DNA of 63,995 bases, counting the filler, from Octopus bimaculoides (taxonomy: Eukaryota), in NCBI RefSeq assembly GCF_001194135.2. It is 7 parts of 6 records of this genome, joined end to end, with 100 filler letters (N's around TTAATTAATTAA, not from the genome) between each part and the next. Parts side by side here need not be neighbours in the genome. Positions count along the whole stretch, not along the records: positions 9,746 to 37,591 come from NC_068986.1; positions 37,692 to 51,694 come from NC_068991.1; 5 more parts are not named here. One strand, 5' to 3'. Shown here in pieces: positions 24,962 to 39,277 of the stretch (positions are counted from its first letter, which is position 1; every line of letters starts with the position of its first letter). The notes below the pieces were generated by a model, which saw only the letters and a list, made by a program, of their open reading frames with translations, searched no databases and was not told the origin of the DNA. A program made the position numbers and the translations under genes.

Positions 24962-26121
24962 CGAATGCACCAAGACACTTTTAAAATAGTTCTCTTTGTA
25001 GGAAACGTTGCCAAATCTCACAAACTAGAGATTCTATGTGGAAAGAAGTTGTGATGTTTACGAGGCAAAATAATAATATAACATGAGCTATTTCTGAAGG
25101 TAACACGAACTTGTAATTTTTGTGTAGCCAGAGTCTAATCCGGTTAGATTATATTTCCAAAACAGCTTATCTGAAGATATATCACGGCGGTGACAATAGT
25201 TTTGGGGTTCTGCACTCACGATCACGTGGTGTATTGTATGCTTATGTGGAAAACACTTCATTTTACATTCCTCTCAATTTTTACGTTGCTCTAAGTTTTT
25301 CGAGTCACATCATGCTGTTGTAGAATAGTGGAAGAGGTGAGCTAATTGTGTAGCACAGATAATTGATTATTATAAGTAAATCATCTGTAGATATAGTTTT
25401 TCAAGATGCTTAAAGTGCCCTCATCTTAAGTCCACGGTAGGAGAAACAAGCACTCCGAGGGCAATCTTCTCTCTTCTTTCAGCGACGGCTTTAATCTCCT
25501 GTCGGAGGTTGATTAATTTGTATTCACGTGTTTAGTCATTGTTTCTTAAATATCTTCTTACATTTTGGATTAGGAGTGTATTCAGTTGAGCCTTTGCGTG
25601 TAATAAGGAACGGTGACTGGTAAATAGTTCCCCGTAGATCGACAAGCTACATCCTTTTCAGTTTCAAAACCAACAATTACACATTTCCTGGAATTACCAG
25701 TTCCTAAATATGCTGCTTCTATGTCTGTACGTATTCATATTTATAAGTATTACCTTGTTTTAATCTTTGATATATCCGAGCTGTTCAATTATATACGATC
25801 CGATGACTTATTGTTTTCTATACTATACGCCTTTATGTGAATATACAATTATATAATGTTAAATATGCATATTATTTTTAAAATGCATGTAGATAATTTG
25901 CAATGTGGAAATTAACAATCCTTTCTATTATTGGCGATTATGTCGACCTCAATTCTGAAATGGCAATTATTTTATCGGGAACGGAAGGGCAATAGAAAAG
26001 TCAATCTCAACGGCGTTTCAACTGAGATCGTAAATCGAAAGAAATGCCGCCAAGGATTTCGTCCGAATGGCAAAGAATTCTGTCAGTTCACTGCTTTACG
26101 CACAAACTAATGATACTATTG

Positions 26122-26278
26122 ATGTATGTATGTATGTATGTATGTATGTATGTATGTATGTATGTATGTATGTATGTATGTATGCATGTATGTATCTATG
26201 TATGTATGTATGTATGTATGTATGTATGTATGTATCTCTCTATCTATCTATCTATCTCTCTATCTCTCTATCTATCTA

Positions 26279-26333
<55 letters not shown>

Positions 26334-26342
26334 CTCTATCTC

Positions 26343-26402
<60 letters not shown>
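26122..26402. repeat. compound (ATGT)n-(ATCT)n microsatellite
   Basis: Direct reading. Confidence 0.95.
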
Positions 26403-26403
<1 letters not shown>

Positions 26404-26989
26404 ATATGTGTGTGTGTATGTGTGTTTGTTTGTATGTGTTTAATCATATATATATCCTGGATTTATTTTCAATATAAATATGTTTACATCATTGAAAATA
26501 TTAAACTTCGTAAGGTAATATTTGTTTTGGGGTTCAATTTGTTAAAGTCTTTGATATTTTCCTATTTAATATTTACTGATAATTATTTTTTATATATATT
26601 TTTCAATATTTCTCATAACAAAAATCGACTTGTGTTTTCTTACAAGTACATGGGAAAATAATTTAAGAACATCGTTTTAGAATTATATTAACAATATCAG
26701 TGATAATTAACATATATAAACACTAACACAATTATATTGACACGTATATTATTGAATGAAAGAATTAGGTGAAAAGGTGAAAATACATTCGTATATCTTT
26801 GAAATAATATTTTATTTTGAAATTCTGATTTTTTAATTTTTTACCATTGATATTTATTTATCATTTCAAAATATAAACAATAGAACAAAGATGACAAAGA
26901 AAAAGTTAATGACAATGGCAGCTTGAAGACAATAATGGTTGTTATGATTCTAGAAATAATGATTTCGATCTTGTTGATATTGACTATGA

Positions 26990-27054
26990 TGAGGATGATG
27001 ACGAAGATCAGGTTAACAATGATGATGATGATGACAATGATGATAATGATGATA

Positions 27055-27126
<72 letters not shown>
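26990..27126. repeat. (GAT)n microsatellite
   Basis: Direct reading. Confidence 0.95.
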
Positions 27127-27128
<2 letters not shown>

Positions 27129-27989
27129 AATATCCTACTGTCTTAACAATTTTTTCAAGCCGATCACATGGAGATAGGTGTTCACATCCATTTTGGAAAA
27201 CACTCCCGTATAATTCTCGTGGGTTATCGTATATTCATGTGAATAAAATAATAAATCAATGAATCAAATGACGTTACTCTTGGGCGGAATCTTTTGGTTG
27301 TTTATCTCATTTGAACAGTTTGAAAAATTGTTTCTTTCTCGTTTTCTCACGCGTTTCTTTCTCGTTTTTGCACATAATCTAGTGTTTCGACTTTCAAATA
27401 GACCGGACAGTATACATGGATCCTGAAAGATTGCTAGAAGACAAATGACAAGTTATGTAAGTCCGCCACATTATTGTATTTCTAGAGCATGAAAATAGAG
27501 TAGCACATTTTTTATGCATCAACATAATCATCATCATCATCATCATCATTCTTTAATTGACAGTTAAAGAAGATATATATNNNNNNNNNNNNNNNNNNNN
27601 NNNNNNNNNNNNNNNNNNNNNNNNNNNNNNNNNNNNNNNNNNNNNNNNNNNNNNNNNNNNNNNNNNNNNNNNNNNNNNNNNNNNNNNNNNNNNNNNNNNN
27701 NNNNNNNNNNNNNNNNNNNNNNNNNNNNNNNNNNNNNNNNNNNNNNNNNNNNNNNNNNNNNNNNNNNNNNNNNNNNNNNNNNNNNNNNNNNNNNNNNNNN
27801 NNNNNNNNNNNNNNNNNNNNNNNNNNNNNNNNNNNNNNNNNNNNNNNNNNNNNNNNNNNNNNNNNNNNNNNNNNNNNNNNNNNNNNNNNNNNNNNNNNNN
27901 NNNNNNNNNNNNNNNATATATATATATATATACCTAATATAGATAATATATAAATATATGCATATATCCATACATATATGTACATATCT

Positions 27990-28560
27990 ACATCTATATG
28001 TATACATACATGCATATATGGGTAACAGGACATGAAAAAGAACGTTAAACACAACGAAAACATAGAAAATGAACATTTTTCGAACAACGAAAAAAAAAAC
28101 ACAAACGGAGAAACGATACGTGCAACATAAAGAGTGTACTCCTTCGTCAGTTGTCACTATTCCATCTACTTCGCGTTTCGAAGGTAAGGACAATACGCGA
28201 CTTCGTTGGAACAGTCCTTTCTGCAGAGCAAATTAAATAAAATTTAGTATTTTTTACGGAGGGTGAAAGTATTAACAAGAACAGGACAGTGAGAACAAGA
28301 CAATAAAAACAAACAGTGAAGGCTGTCCAGCCAAGACGATAGAAAAAATATTATGAACGCTAAGTAGATGAGCTATGAGAGAAGAGACAGAACAAAAGCC
28401 CGTCTTTTCTTTAGGAAGGCAGTGGATAGAAAGAGAGATCCCGTTTCGTCACGTGTCAGCGACGAGAGAGTCAAGGATGAAGAATGAGAGAGAAGGAACG
28501 GTGAAAGGGAGAGAAGAATAGGGAAAGGATGGGTGAGTAAAACAGAAAGGATGAAGAACA
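27990..28560. repeat. unclassified dispersed repeat, family E
   Basis: Collinear with 13590-13760 and 31770-32030, and with the reverse complement of 35030-35445 (caaattaaataaaattt, aacaggacagtga(g/a)aacaa). Confidence 0.65.
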
Positions 28561-29258
28561 AGATATATATATATATATATATATATANNNNNNNNNNNNN
28601 NNNNNNNNNNNNNNNNNNNNNNNNNNNNNNNNNNNNNNNNNNNNNNNNNNNNNNNNNNNNNNNNNNNNNNNNNNNNNNNNNNNNNNNNNNNNNNNNNNNN
28701 NNNNNNNNNNNNNNNNNNNNNNNNNNNNNNNNNNNNNNNNNNNNNNNNNNNNNNNNNNNNNNNNNNNNNNNNNNNNNNNNNNNNNNNNNNNNNNNNNNNN
28801 NNNNNNNNNNNNNNNNNNNNNNNNNNNNNNNNNNNNNNNNNNNNNNNNNNNNNNNNNNNNNNNNNNNNNNNNNNNNNNNNNNNNNNNNNNNNNNNNNNNN
28901 NNNNNNNNNNNNNNNNNNNNNNNNNNNNNNNNNNNNNNNNNNNNNNNNNNNNNNNNNNNNNNNNNNNNNNNNNNNNNNNNNNNNNNNNNNNNNNNNNNNN
29001 NNNNNNNNNNNNNNNNNNNNNNNNNNNNNNNNNNNNNNNNNNNNNNNNNNNNNNNNNNNNNNNNNNNNNNNNNNNNNNNNNAATCAAATAATTTAATTAA
29101 ATTTAATGTTAAATAATACTAATTAGTCAGCGTGCTACAGTACCGGCGAATATAAGAACTAATAAAATACAAAAATTTATTTTCAAATAATATCCAAATT
29201 ATATTTTCTCTATTGTGCTATAACATTTCTCATTATCTTCCACAACGTGCAGAAAAAT

Positions 29259-29259
29259 T

Positions 29260-29337
<78 letters not shown>
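29259..29337. repeat. (CAT)n microsatellite
   Basis: Direct reading. Confidence 0.95.
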
Positions 29338-29379
29338 TTATATTTTTGCTCCTCCCACGAAATTTCAGGCCTGGAGCCA

Positions 29380-29850
29380 AAACTTTCAGGGTCGATAAAT
29401 TAAGAACGAAGTGAAACACTGAGGTAGATGTAATCGACTAGCACCCTCCCCAGTAGAACGGGTTATTATTTTTTTTATTATTTGCATCATTTTGTCCGAC
29501 CTTACAATCTCAGTTCAAATTCGACCGAGGTCGACATTGCCTATCATCCTTTCAGTAAATAAGTACCAGTTAATTACTACGGTCGATGGACTTCTTCCAG
29601 AATTTGTAATTATTGTGTGTATGTGTATGTGTTGTGTGTGCGCGTTTTGTGTGTGTGTTTGTGTCTGTGTGTGTGTTTGTGTGTGCCTTTATCGATTCAA
29701 GTCCGGTGTCGTTAATTCCGTGTAAGTTAGCGGTTCGGCAAATATCTACCTATACATTATCTATCAGGCTTAAAAAAAAATCAGCATGGGGCTGATTCTT
29801 CCCACTGAAAAAATTCTTCATGGCGGTGCTCCAGTATGGCCACAACCTAA
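29380..29850 (+). mobile_element. cluster of partial SINE A and SINE B fragments
   Basis: gggtcgataaattaag, tcagttcaaattcgaccgaggtcgac (A); ttagcggttcggcaaa, ggcggtgctccagtatggccac (B). Confidence 0.65.
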
Positions 29851-30199
29851 TGACTACGGCAAGTAATTGATGAAAGATAAACAATGAAAGGAAATTGATA
29901 TCGTAGGTTATTATACGAAGCCTTCATTTCCAACAAGACATGTATGAACTCATGGCTTGCGACACCAGCTTCTGTAGAACATGAATATATTTTACACATG
30001 CAAATTAAATCCTTATAACGTAGTAAATTATTCATCATCATATTCGTTATCATCGTCTTCAATAATTCTAACGATCGCTGCAACGGCGACGATAACAGAT
30101 CCAACTACTTCCGACGACGAGAAAAATAAACACACTTCCGAATACTTGCCAGATTCGGCCAAACGGTCGGTTTAGTCGTATTATAAATCCCATCACACC

Positions 30200-30640
30200 C
30201 GCGAGCTGACACAATCGTATGCATGCCGAACTTCGCGGTATTTCGTCCGTCGTTACGTTGCTAGTTGAAATTCCGCCGCGATGGACTTTACTTTTCAGAA
30301 TTTAGGCGTCCATGAATTAAGTACCAGTTGAACACAAGGGACGATGTAATCGAGACATTACCTCCCCCAACATGTCTACTTTGTAGCAAAATTTGAAGTC
30401 ATTAGCAATCTCATTAAGGCGGCAAGCTGGCAGAATCATTAGTACGCCGGACGAAACGCTTGGCGGTATTTTGCCCGTTACTGCATTCTGAGATCAAATT
30501 CCGCCGAGGTCAAGTTTGCTTTTCATCCTTTCGGGGTGGATAATTTAAGTACCAGCTGAGTACTGGAGTCGATGTAATGGACTTGAACCCTTCCTCCAAA
30601 ATTTAAGGTCTTGTGCCTACAGCAGAAATGATTATTATTA
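30200..30640 (+). mobile_element. two tandem SINE family A copies (30200-30400, 30417-30640)
   Basis: Both carry the head gcgagctg(a/g)cacaatc / ggcaagctggcagaatc and the body ttaagtaccag...cgatgtaat. Confidence 0.8.
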
Positions 30641-30750
30641 TTCACAATATGTACGTTGTCCTTATATAACTAATGCGTATTTGCGTCTATGTATATACGA
30701 CAGAATGAAATACTTTTGTTGATATCAGTCTATCATGCTCCATACACACA

Positions 30751-30798
<48 letters not shown>

Positions 30799-31769
30799 AA
30801 CAAAGATATATATATGCAGAAAAGAGAGAGAGAGAGAGATCGGGAGAAAGAAGAGAATGAGAGGGAATCACAGACAGAAACACAGACAGTCGTAAAGCAG
30901 ACTGGGAGTAAAGAAAGCATGTGGAGAATGGTGACGAAAGCACTGCAACAAAACCGATGATTGATTGAGCGAACGATACTCCAGCATGGCCTCANNNNNN
31001 NNNNNNNNNNNNNNNNNNNNNNNNNNNNNNNNNNNNNNNNNNNNNNNNNNNNNNNNNNNNNNNNNNNNNNNNNNNNNNNNNNNNNNNNNNNNNNNNNNNN
31101 NNNNNNNNNNNNNNNNNNNNNNNNNNNNNNNNNNNNNNNNNNNNNNNNNNNNNNNNNNNNNNNNNNNNNNNNNNNNNNNNNNNNNNNNNNNNNNNNNNNN
31201 NNNNNNNNNNNNNNNNNNNNNNNNNNNNNNNNNNNNNNNNNNNNNNNNNNNNNNNNNNNNNNNNNNNNNNNNNNNNNNNNNNNNNNNNNNNNNNNNNNNN
31301 NNNNNNNNNNNNNNNNNNNNNNNNNNNNNNNNNNNNNNNNNNNNNNNNNNNNNNNNNNNNNNNNNNNNNNNNNNNNNNNNNNNNNNNNNNNNNNNNNNNN
31401 NNNNNNNNNNNNNNNNNNNNNNNNNNNNNNNNNNNNNNNNNNNNNNNNNNNNNNNNNNNNNNNNNNNNNNNNNNNNNNNNNNNNNNNNNNNNNNNNNNNN
31501 NNNNNNNNNNNNNNNNNNNNNNNNNNNNNNNNNNNNNNNNNNNNNNNNNNNNNNNNNNNNNNNNNNNNNNNNNNNNNNNNNNNNNNNNNNNNNNNNNNNN
31601 NNNNNNNNNNNNNNNNNNNNNNNNNNNNNNNNNNNNNNNNNNNNNNNNNNNNNNNNNNNNNNNNNNNNNNNNNNNNNNNATATATATATAAATATGTGTG
31701 TGTGTGTGTGTATATAACAAATGATAAATGAGTATATGCATATATACGTACAGGTATGTGCATACCTAC

Positions 31770-32030
31770 GTCTACCTGTATATATAGGTGCATATCTGGG
31801 TACAGGACATTGCAAACAAAACGTAGACAAAAAATAATAATAACCAGAGTACAGAAAACACACAGGCCACATAGAAAACATTTTATTTCATCAGCTAACC
31901 CCATTCTAACACAGGTGTTCCGAAGAGTAGGACGCATCGTTAAAATGGCTCTTCCCACGGACCACAAATTAAATTTGTATACAGAAATTAAATTTGTACC
32001 ATGTAGGAATGTAGTGGCGGACAGAAAGCG
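31770..32030. repeat. family E-related repeat, diverged
   Basis: Same architecture as 27990-28250: gggtacaggacat...ttcatcag...hairpin...cacaaattaaattt. Confidence 0.5.
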
Positions 32031-33059
32031 ATTATGTATTTTTAAATTCATATATACATACACTCGTGCGAACGAGTGTGTGTGTATGTGTGTGTGTGTG
32101 TGTGTCTGTGTGTGTGTGTGTGTAGTTAATTCAAATAAACAAACAATTATAAAAGCCGGAGAAAAAGAAAAAAAAATAATGAACATGGGGACGTGCACAA
32201 GGCATATATTAATTTGATGCTCGGTGAAGGTTAGACAGTTGTTACCAATTCGTTCGCATGAGTGTATGTATATATGAGTCTAAAAATACATATTCATATA
32301 TGTACACATACGATCATGCATGCAATCATACATACACAGGTACATGTATGAAGTATCTTGAATCGCATATCTCCGTTCATAGGAATCCCAAGTTGGTTCA
32401 ATATACGTTATATGAATAGATATCTGGTGGAATGTTATGTTATATTAAGCAGATTTATTGTTTCGGAGAATAATTCCGCTTGTGCTACATCTATTATCGC
32501 TTCTGAGACGACATATTACCTTCATGTTAGAATTCATATATTGATGCATATGTATATATGTGCGTGAGACTGTTTTCGGAGTGTGTATATATACATAGAC
32601 ATATACATACAAAAACACACGCACGCATATACACCCAACTAAATTTACATATATNNNNNNNNNNNNNNNNNNNNNNNNNNNNNNNNNNNNNNNNNNNNNN
32701 NNNNNNNNNNNNNNNNNNNNNNNNNNNNNNNNNNNNNNNNNNNNNNNNNNNNNNNNNNNNNNNNNNNNNNNNNNNNNNNNNNNNNNNNNNNNNNNNNNNN
32801 NNNNNNNNNNNNNNNNNNNNNNNNNNNNNNNNNNNNNNNNNNNNNNNNNNNNNNNNNNNNNNNNNNNNNNNNNNNNNNNNNNNNNNNNNNNNNNNNNNNN
32901 NNNNNNNNNNNNNNNNNNNNNNNNNNNNNNNNNNNNNNNNNNNNNNNNNNNNNNNNNNNNNNNNNNNNNNNNNNNNNNNNNNNNNNNNNNNNNNNNNNNN
33001 NNNNNNNNNNNNNTATATATGTACACATATATATATTTATATATACATATATAAATATT

Positions 33060-33124
<65 letters not shown>

Positions 33125-33555
33125 GCGCGTACAGTTTGTAAGTGTATACGTATGCATTATCGAATATCTATCTTTTGCGGCAAATCACTATCCATATATA
33201 CGTTTTACTTTTCCCGTCACTGTATTTCTTCGTTGGCGTCCCAAAACTCAAACGAACCACTGCACACGTCCACATCTTTTAATCATCAATTCATCACCCC
33301 TCCACCACCAACCTACCCACACCCTATCATACACTCCTCGATATCCCACATGCTCAATCTCATATTTCTCTACCTAAGCAACCCCGCAGTCTCTCCAGTG
33401 ATTAACTAATTTGATTAATTCAGGAGATCAATGGTAAAAGTACTCTCCACGCTGCACCGATTTACGTCTCAGGTCAGTAGACCAAAGAGAATACGTTGCG
33501 TGCTTATGTGTGGCTTTGTTTGAATGGAGACGTAGAAAGCGATATGAAAGGTAGA

Positions 33556-33592
<37 letters not shown>

Positions 33593-33614
33593 ACACACAC
33601 ACACNNNNNNNNNN

Positions 33615-33647
<33 letters not shown>

Positions 33648-33908
33648 TTTGCATAAACCGTTATAGATGACACGCAGAGCTCTGGTATTCGTAGTATGGC
33701 ACAATGATATGACACATACGTAATATGTATGAATTATGAAGGTACGCTTGTATATATAAATGTGTGTATATACATGAATGTATTTTCATCCATATAAATA
33801 TATATAATAAATGTACGCACACATAGGTATAGATATATATATATATATATAAGGTACATATATACACACAAATACATACATACATATATATCTATATACA
33901 TATATATA

Positions 33909-33966
<58 letters not shown>

Positions 33967-34461
33967 NNNNNNNNNNNNNNNNNNNNNNNNNNNNNNNNNN
34001 NNNNNNNNNNNNNNNNNNNNNNNNNNNNNNNNNNNNNNNNNNNNNNNNNNNNNNNNNNNNNNNNNNNNNNNNNNNNNNNNNNNNNNNNNNNNNNNNNNNN
34101 NNNNNNNNNNNNNNNNNNNNNNNNNNNNNNNNNNNNNNNNNNNNNNNNNNNNNNNNNNNNNNNNNNNNNNNNNNNNNNNNNNNNNNNNNNNNNNNNNNNN
34201 NNNNNNNNNNNNNNNNNNNNNNNNNNNNNNNNNNNNNNNNNNNNNNNNNNNNNNNNNNNNNNNNNNNNNNNNNNNNNNNNNNNNNNNNNNNNNNNNNNNN
34301 NNNNNNNNNNNNNNNNNNNNNNNNNNNNNNNNNNNNNNNNNNNNNNNNNNNNNNNNNNNNNNNNNNNNNNNNNNNNNNNNNNNNNNNNNNNNNNNNNNNN
34401 NNNNNNNNNNNNNNNNNNNNNNNNNNNNNNNNNNNNNNNNNNNNNNNNNNNNNNNNNNNNN

Positions 34462-34519
<58 letters not shown>

Positions 34520-35029
34520 ATGTGTGTGTTTGTATGTGTGTGTATCTGTGTTTCCTAAGGATGCGTTTTCTTTATACGCATATTGCTTTCAAAAACTGAT
34601 ATTTCTCGTTTTATCTCTTTGTATCAATGCTTTTCCGTTTGTTGGATTCGGTCGACTTTAACCTCTCACATTTATGATTAATGTTTTTCATCTGTAGACG
34701 TCTCATCTTCTTGGTGCAGTAATGTTGTTCGTGTTTGCCTTTGCCTTACTTTTCAATAGTTTATCTGCATTTCCTATAAAGCTTATCATTTTAATTATTT
34801 ATTTCTACAAGGTTTATACTTATGATTTATTTACCTAACTAATGGCTATTGTTTTATCGTAATTGTTGCATGCTACTTACAGTTTTGAATTTACTTGTCA
34901 GTACTTTATGTTTTTACGTAGGTCTAAATTTCTCAGAAATCCTTCGCAACCATAGGCGAGCATAAGAATAGAATGCTACTCCTCGTCCAAGATATAGTAT
35001 TATTATGTCTATGATGTAACATTCTAATC

Positions 35030-35445
35030 GCTTGTCCACGCTACCCCTCGTCCCTTGCTCACGTGGCTCCCACGTAATCTTCGGCTATCTTCCTTCTCCT
35101 AACTTGTGTTTCTCTCTTTCTCTCCGTTGTAGCTGGAACGAGGAAGACGTGTTCTTGGTTGTCTCTTGATTTACGCGTTCGCCACCACAATATCGTTTAG
35201 GCTTAGCAGCCATTCCTGTTTGTTTTCACTGTCCTGTTTGTGCTACCAATTTTGACCCTTCGCAAAATCCCAAATTTTATTTAATTTGCTTTGCAGGAAC
35301 AACTGTTTTATCCAAGGCGTATATTGTTGTTAAATGCTCGACATGCGAGACTAGAAGAAACAGCCCACAACTGATGAAGGGTCTTTCTTTACGTTTTTTG
35401 TTCTGTTCTAAATTTGTGTCTTTCGTCGTTCGAATATATATATAT
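35030..35445. repeat. family E repeat, opposite orientation to 27990-28560
   Basis: Reverse complement gives ttcctgcaaagcaaattaaataaaattt...aaacaggacagtgaaaacaaac. Confidence 0.6.
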
Positions 35446-35737
35446 ATATTATAAAATGGAGGATAATATAGCACTAGTGTAGCAATAATTGGGTACCCTC
35501 CCAGCAGTATATTGGATAGATACTATCCCTTAGTGGGTTGTACCCCCAACCCCTAACTCTCTCACGTTATATATATATATATTATATATATTATATATAT
35601 AAAGAAGAGAGACGACAAATGAATTGTTTCCCAAATACATTGCACTTCATATTCGATGCTCAGATGAAGGATTAAGGTATTAAGGAAGGATAGGAGAATA
35701 TTAGATTTATAAGTCCTAAAATTCACTCCATATTATT

Positions 35738-35812
35738 GCGTAGTGGTTAAGAGCGCCGGCTACTAACCCCAAGATTCCGTGTTCGATTCCAGGCAGTGAC
35801 CTGAATAATAAC

Positions 35813-35852
<40 letters not shown>
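35738..35852 (+). mobile_element. short tRNA-derived SINE with (AAT)n tail
   Basis: A-box-like gcgtagtggttaag and B box gttcgattcc (35781-35790), directly followed by (AAT)n. No full cloverleaf. Confidence 0.65.
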
Positions 35853-35853
<1 letters not shown>

Positions 35854-36826
35854 CATGGGAAAAACAGAAGCATATGGAGGCTAATGAAGTTAATAAGATA
35901 ATCATTTGTTTCTTCTACATCTCTTATTACCACCCTAATCTTCGTTCCGAAACATACGTGTATTGAATTGTACATCGGGTAATTGGTCTCGCAAATACAA
36001 AACACATACATACACACACACACACACACAAAACACGCACAAAATTACACACACATTAACTCACCCACACATACACACACGCGTACACACAAACACACAC
36101 ACACTCACATGCACATATGTATAACACCCTCCATCTGCAGAAATCTCGTAAGAAAATAGATGGATTGATCAGCAACTTTTTACGTAGCGAATCCTGCTTA
36201 TTCAACAGGCATCCATGGAAGCATAACGAATTATAATTTCCGTCGATTACATTGCGCGACAGAAAAGAAAACTCGAAGACTAGATAGAAAACATTAGCAA
36301 ACAACACGTGCATAATATGCAGAATACCAAATCACAAACGGATAATAATTTACGAAAACAATACACATAACAGACCACCATAATAACATAAGTACGCCAA
36401 TATCTCACCCTGCTGACAAAGAACATAAAGACTTGTTAGACGAACTGTAAATAAAACACTATAACTGAATATAAATACGTTCAGAAATTGTGCCTAAAAT
36501 CAAATATGACCAGAGACAGTAGGCGAGATAGATACTAAATTATACATGTTTTTTTAATTTTTTTTTATTTTAAGGCTTACATTCTTCTTCTTCACATTCA
36601 AGTATATTTCTCATGGATACTACTGGGTGACAGCAACGCATTAACACACAATTTACTGTTTTGATGAAGAGTTCGAAAAAATTAGAGCTTTACAAGACGA
36701 AACAACATATGAGAAGCAATATGATTTTTAATGTTATTCAAAAACTGTATCTATATTTCTGATGCATATGTGTGTGTGTGTGTGTATTATATATTATACA
36801 GCTATATGTATATATATATGCATATA

Positions 36827-37188
36827 TGGAGGCGCAATGGCCCAGTGGTTAATGCAGTAGAATCACGGTCATAGGATCACGGTTTCGATTCCCAGACTGG
36901 GCGTTGTGAGTGTTTATTGGGCGAAAACACCTAAAGTTCCACTAAGCTCCGGCAGAGGGTGGTGGCTAACCCGGCTGTAGTCTCTCACCAAAGCTTTCTC
37001 TCACTCTTCCTGCTTCTGTTGTACCTGCATTTCAAAGGGCCAGCCTATGTCACACACAATGTCACGCTGAATCTCCTCCAGAACTACACGTGTCTGTGGA
37101 GCACTCAGCCACTTGCACGTTAATTTTACGAGCAGGCTGTTTCGTTGATCGGACCAATTGGAACCCTTGTCGTCGTAACCGAGTGCAA
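36827..37188 (+). mobile_element. tRNA-derived SINE, family C
   Basis: tggaggcgcaatggcccagtggtt (A box), gtttcgattccc (B box) and central gtcacgctgaatctcc...gcacgttaattttacgagcaggctg. Its reverse complement lies at 42577-42943. Confidence 0.85.
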
Positions 37189-37550
37189 CCTCGTACATAT
37201 ATACATACAAAAATTCCACAATGTACATATATATGTGTGTGAATGCTTATGTTAGTGTATATGCGTATATGTGCGTGCTTGATTGTGTATAGATTTATGA
37301 AAGCATATACATTCAGAAATACATATGTAGCCAACTGTACGAGTGTATGTCTGTCAGTATGAATCCATAATTATATTTCTTAATATTTACAAAGAAATAT
37401 ATATATATATATATATATGCATTTGTACATACGTATGTATATATATGCACACACACATGCACACACACACATGCACACACACACACACACAAACATATAT
37501 ATATATATACACATATTTACACACACGCACACACACATATACAAAGACAC

Positions 37551-37591
<41 letters not shown>

Positions 37592-37691
37592 NNNNNNNNN
37601 NNNNNNNNNNNNNNNNNNNNNNNNNNNNNNNNNNNTTAATTAATTAANNNNNNNNNNNNNNNNNNNNNNNNNNNNNNNNNNNNNNNNNNNN

Positions 37692-37902
37692 TTCGAGCGT
37701 GGCCGTTTTCGTGCGGGTGACACGTAAAAGCACCCACTACACTCTCTGAGTGGTTGGCGTTAGGAAGGGCATCCAGCTGTAGAAACTCTGCCAAATCAGA
37801 CTGGAGCCTGGTGTTGCCATCCGGTTTCACCAGTCCTCAGTCAAATCGTCCAACCCATGCTAGCATGGAAAGCGGACGTTAAACGATGATGATGATGATG
37901 AT
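37692..37902 (+). mobile_element. RTE-LINE 3' tail fragment ending in (GAT)n
   Basis: gtaaaagcacccactacactctctgagtggttggcgttaggaagggcatccagctgtag...gcggacgttaaacgatgatgat, nearly identical to the 3' end of 39681-40993. Confidence 0.8.
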
Positions 37903-37912
37903 ATATATAATT

Positions 37913-38260
37913 ATCATCATCATCATCATCATCATCGTTTAGCGTCTGTTTTTCTATGCTGGCATGGACAGTTCAACAGGAGCTGGCCAGCTGAAGAGCT
38001 GTCCAGTCTCCAATTGTCACTTATGGCATTGTTTCTATAGCTGGATGCCCTTCCTAATGCTGACTGCGTTACAGAATGTATTGGTTGTTCTTTATGCGGC
38101 ACTGACATCTATAAAGGACAAACCTGTATGTGTGGATAACAGCAGTTTTGCTTATCTTGACGTGCCTTCTCAAGTACAGCAAATCAGCATAACTTCCAGT
38201 CCCTTGTCATTTCCTTAATGAGGTCCAGTGTCCAAAGACCACTTCATCCCACATCTTCCT
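37913..38260 (-). mobile_element. older RTE-LINE 3' fragment
   Basis: Minus strand RKMWDEVV...LDLIKEMTRDW...AVLEKARQDK resembles the ORF end at 40080-40206, followed by a diverged tail with (GAT)n. Confidence 0.65.
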
Positions 38261-39277
38261 GAATCTAGTTTGTTTTTGTATCAAGTTATATATAAGAACA
38301 ATTTAACATTAAACTGTAGGATTACTCAATACATTTTACTAGAGTATATATTTATTAATTTTACAACAAAAAGTCGATAGTGACTTCAAAATTTCAACTT
38401 GCTTCCCTTTGCCAAACCATGATTTACTTTGCTTCTCTCTGGCTTTATATAGTGTTTGGCAGGTTGTATTTATGGAGTAATATGAATGATAATGATATTT
38501 AGGTATAGTGCAGGTAGACACGGAAAGCAGTTGTATAGAAAATCGGGAGTAAAAGAGAATAGGAGAAAAGCTTGCATTCACATGGTGAAGATTGATAGAA
38601 AGGTATTGTGAAGATATTTATTATGATTTGATATAGAAATCTTATACATAACGACTATCATAAACTGAATATGACACATCTGTTATTTTACTTCCTGCCT
38701 GACTTAACCCTAAACAATAAAAAGTTAAGTCAGCATGTATAACAGTAAGTCCTTGAAGTTAATTGTGAAAGTCGGAAAAGTATAACAAGCATTCACATAA
38801 GTTCCATCTGCTGTAATAAGTCATCCGCAGTGTGTTCATGTTGGTGGTATATAATCACAAGTGTCCAAAATCACCGTAGCCGATATTTTAATCCATGGAG
38901 TAACCAATGTTTAGGTTGTTTCTTGTATTAGATGATCTGTGTATTACATGCAAAATGTTTGATAATAATGATGAAATTACTTGATTTTTCTGTTATGAAA
39001 TGTCGGAGATAAGCATGAGCAGGGATACTGATTGGCAGGAAGACAAAAGTGCAAATACAAGAAATAAACAAAAATGGGATTTCGGTACAGGATACATTTC
39101 ATGACTCTACCATGATGCTACCATGTAGGTGAAGTCATCATTTATAATAGGACGTGCTGTTATACATGTTGCCTTTGCCTGCATGACTGCATCACAGGCT
39201 TTAATTGTATATGTGTGTTTGATGGTGTCAAGAGGTACTATTTGGCTACATGATGTGATGGCCTATATGTTTTTTTA

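Noticed and set aside
25380-25700. Minus-strand relic with a degenerate zinc-knuckle-like ACFSY...EGHFK
   Set aside because: It is too degenerate and frameshifted to call by eye.
28135-28215. Possible type II/III hammerhead (gaaac...ctgacgaa on the minus strand)
   Set aside because: There is no helix II closing onto a GAAA and no valid NUH junction. It is kept only as the family E hairpin finding.
35738-35803. Possible tRNA gene
   Set aside because: It has A and B boxes but no complete acceptor stem or cloverleaf, and it runs into an (AAT)n tail, so it is a SINE.
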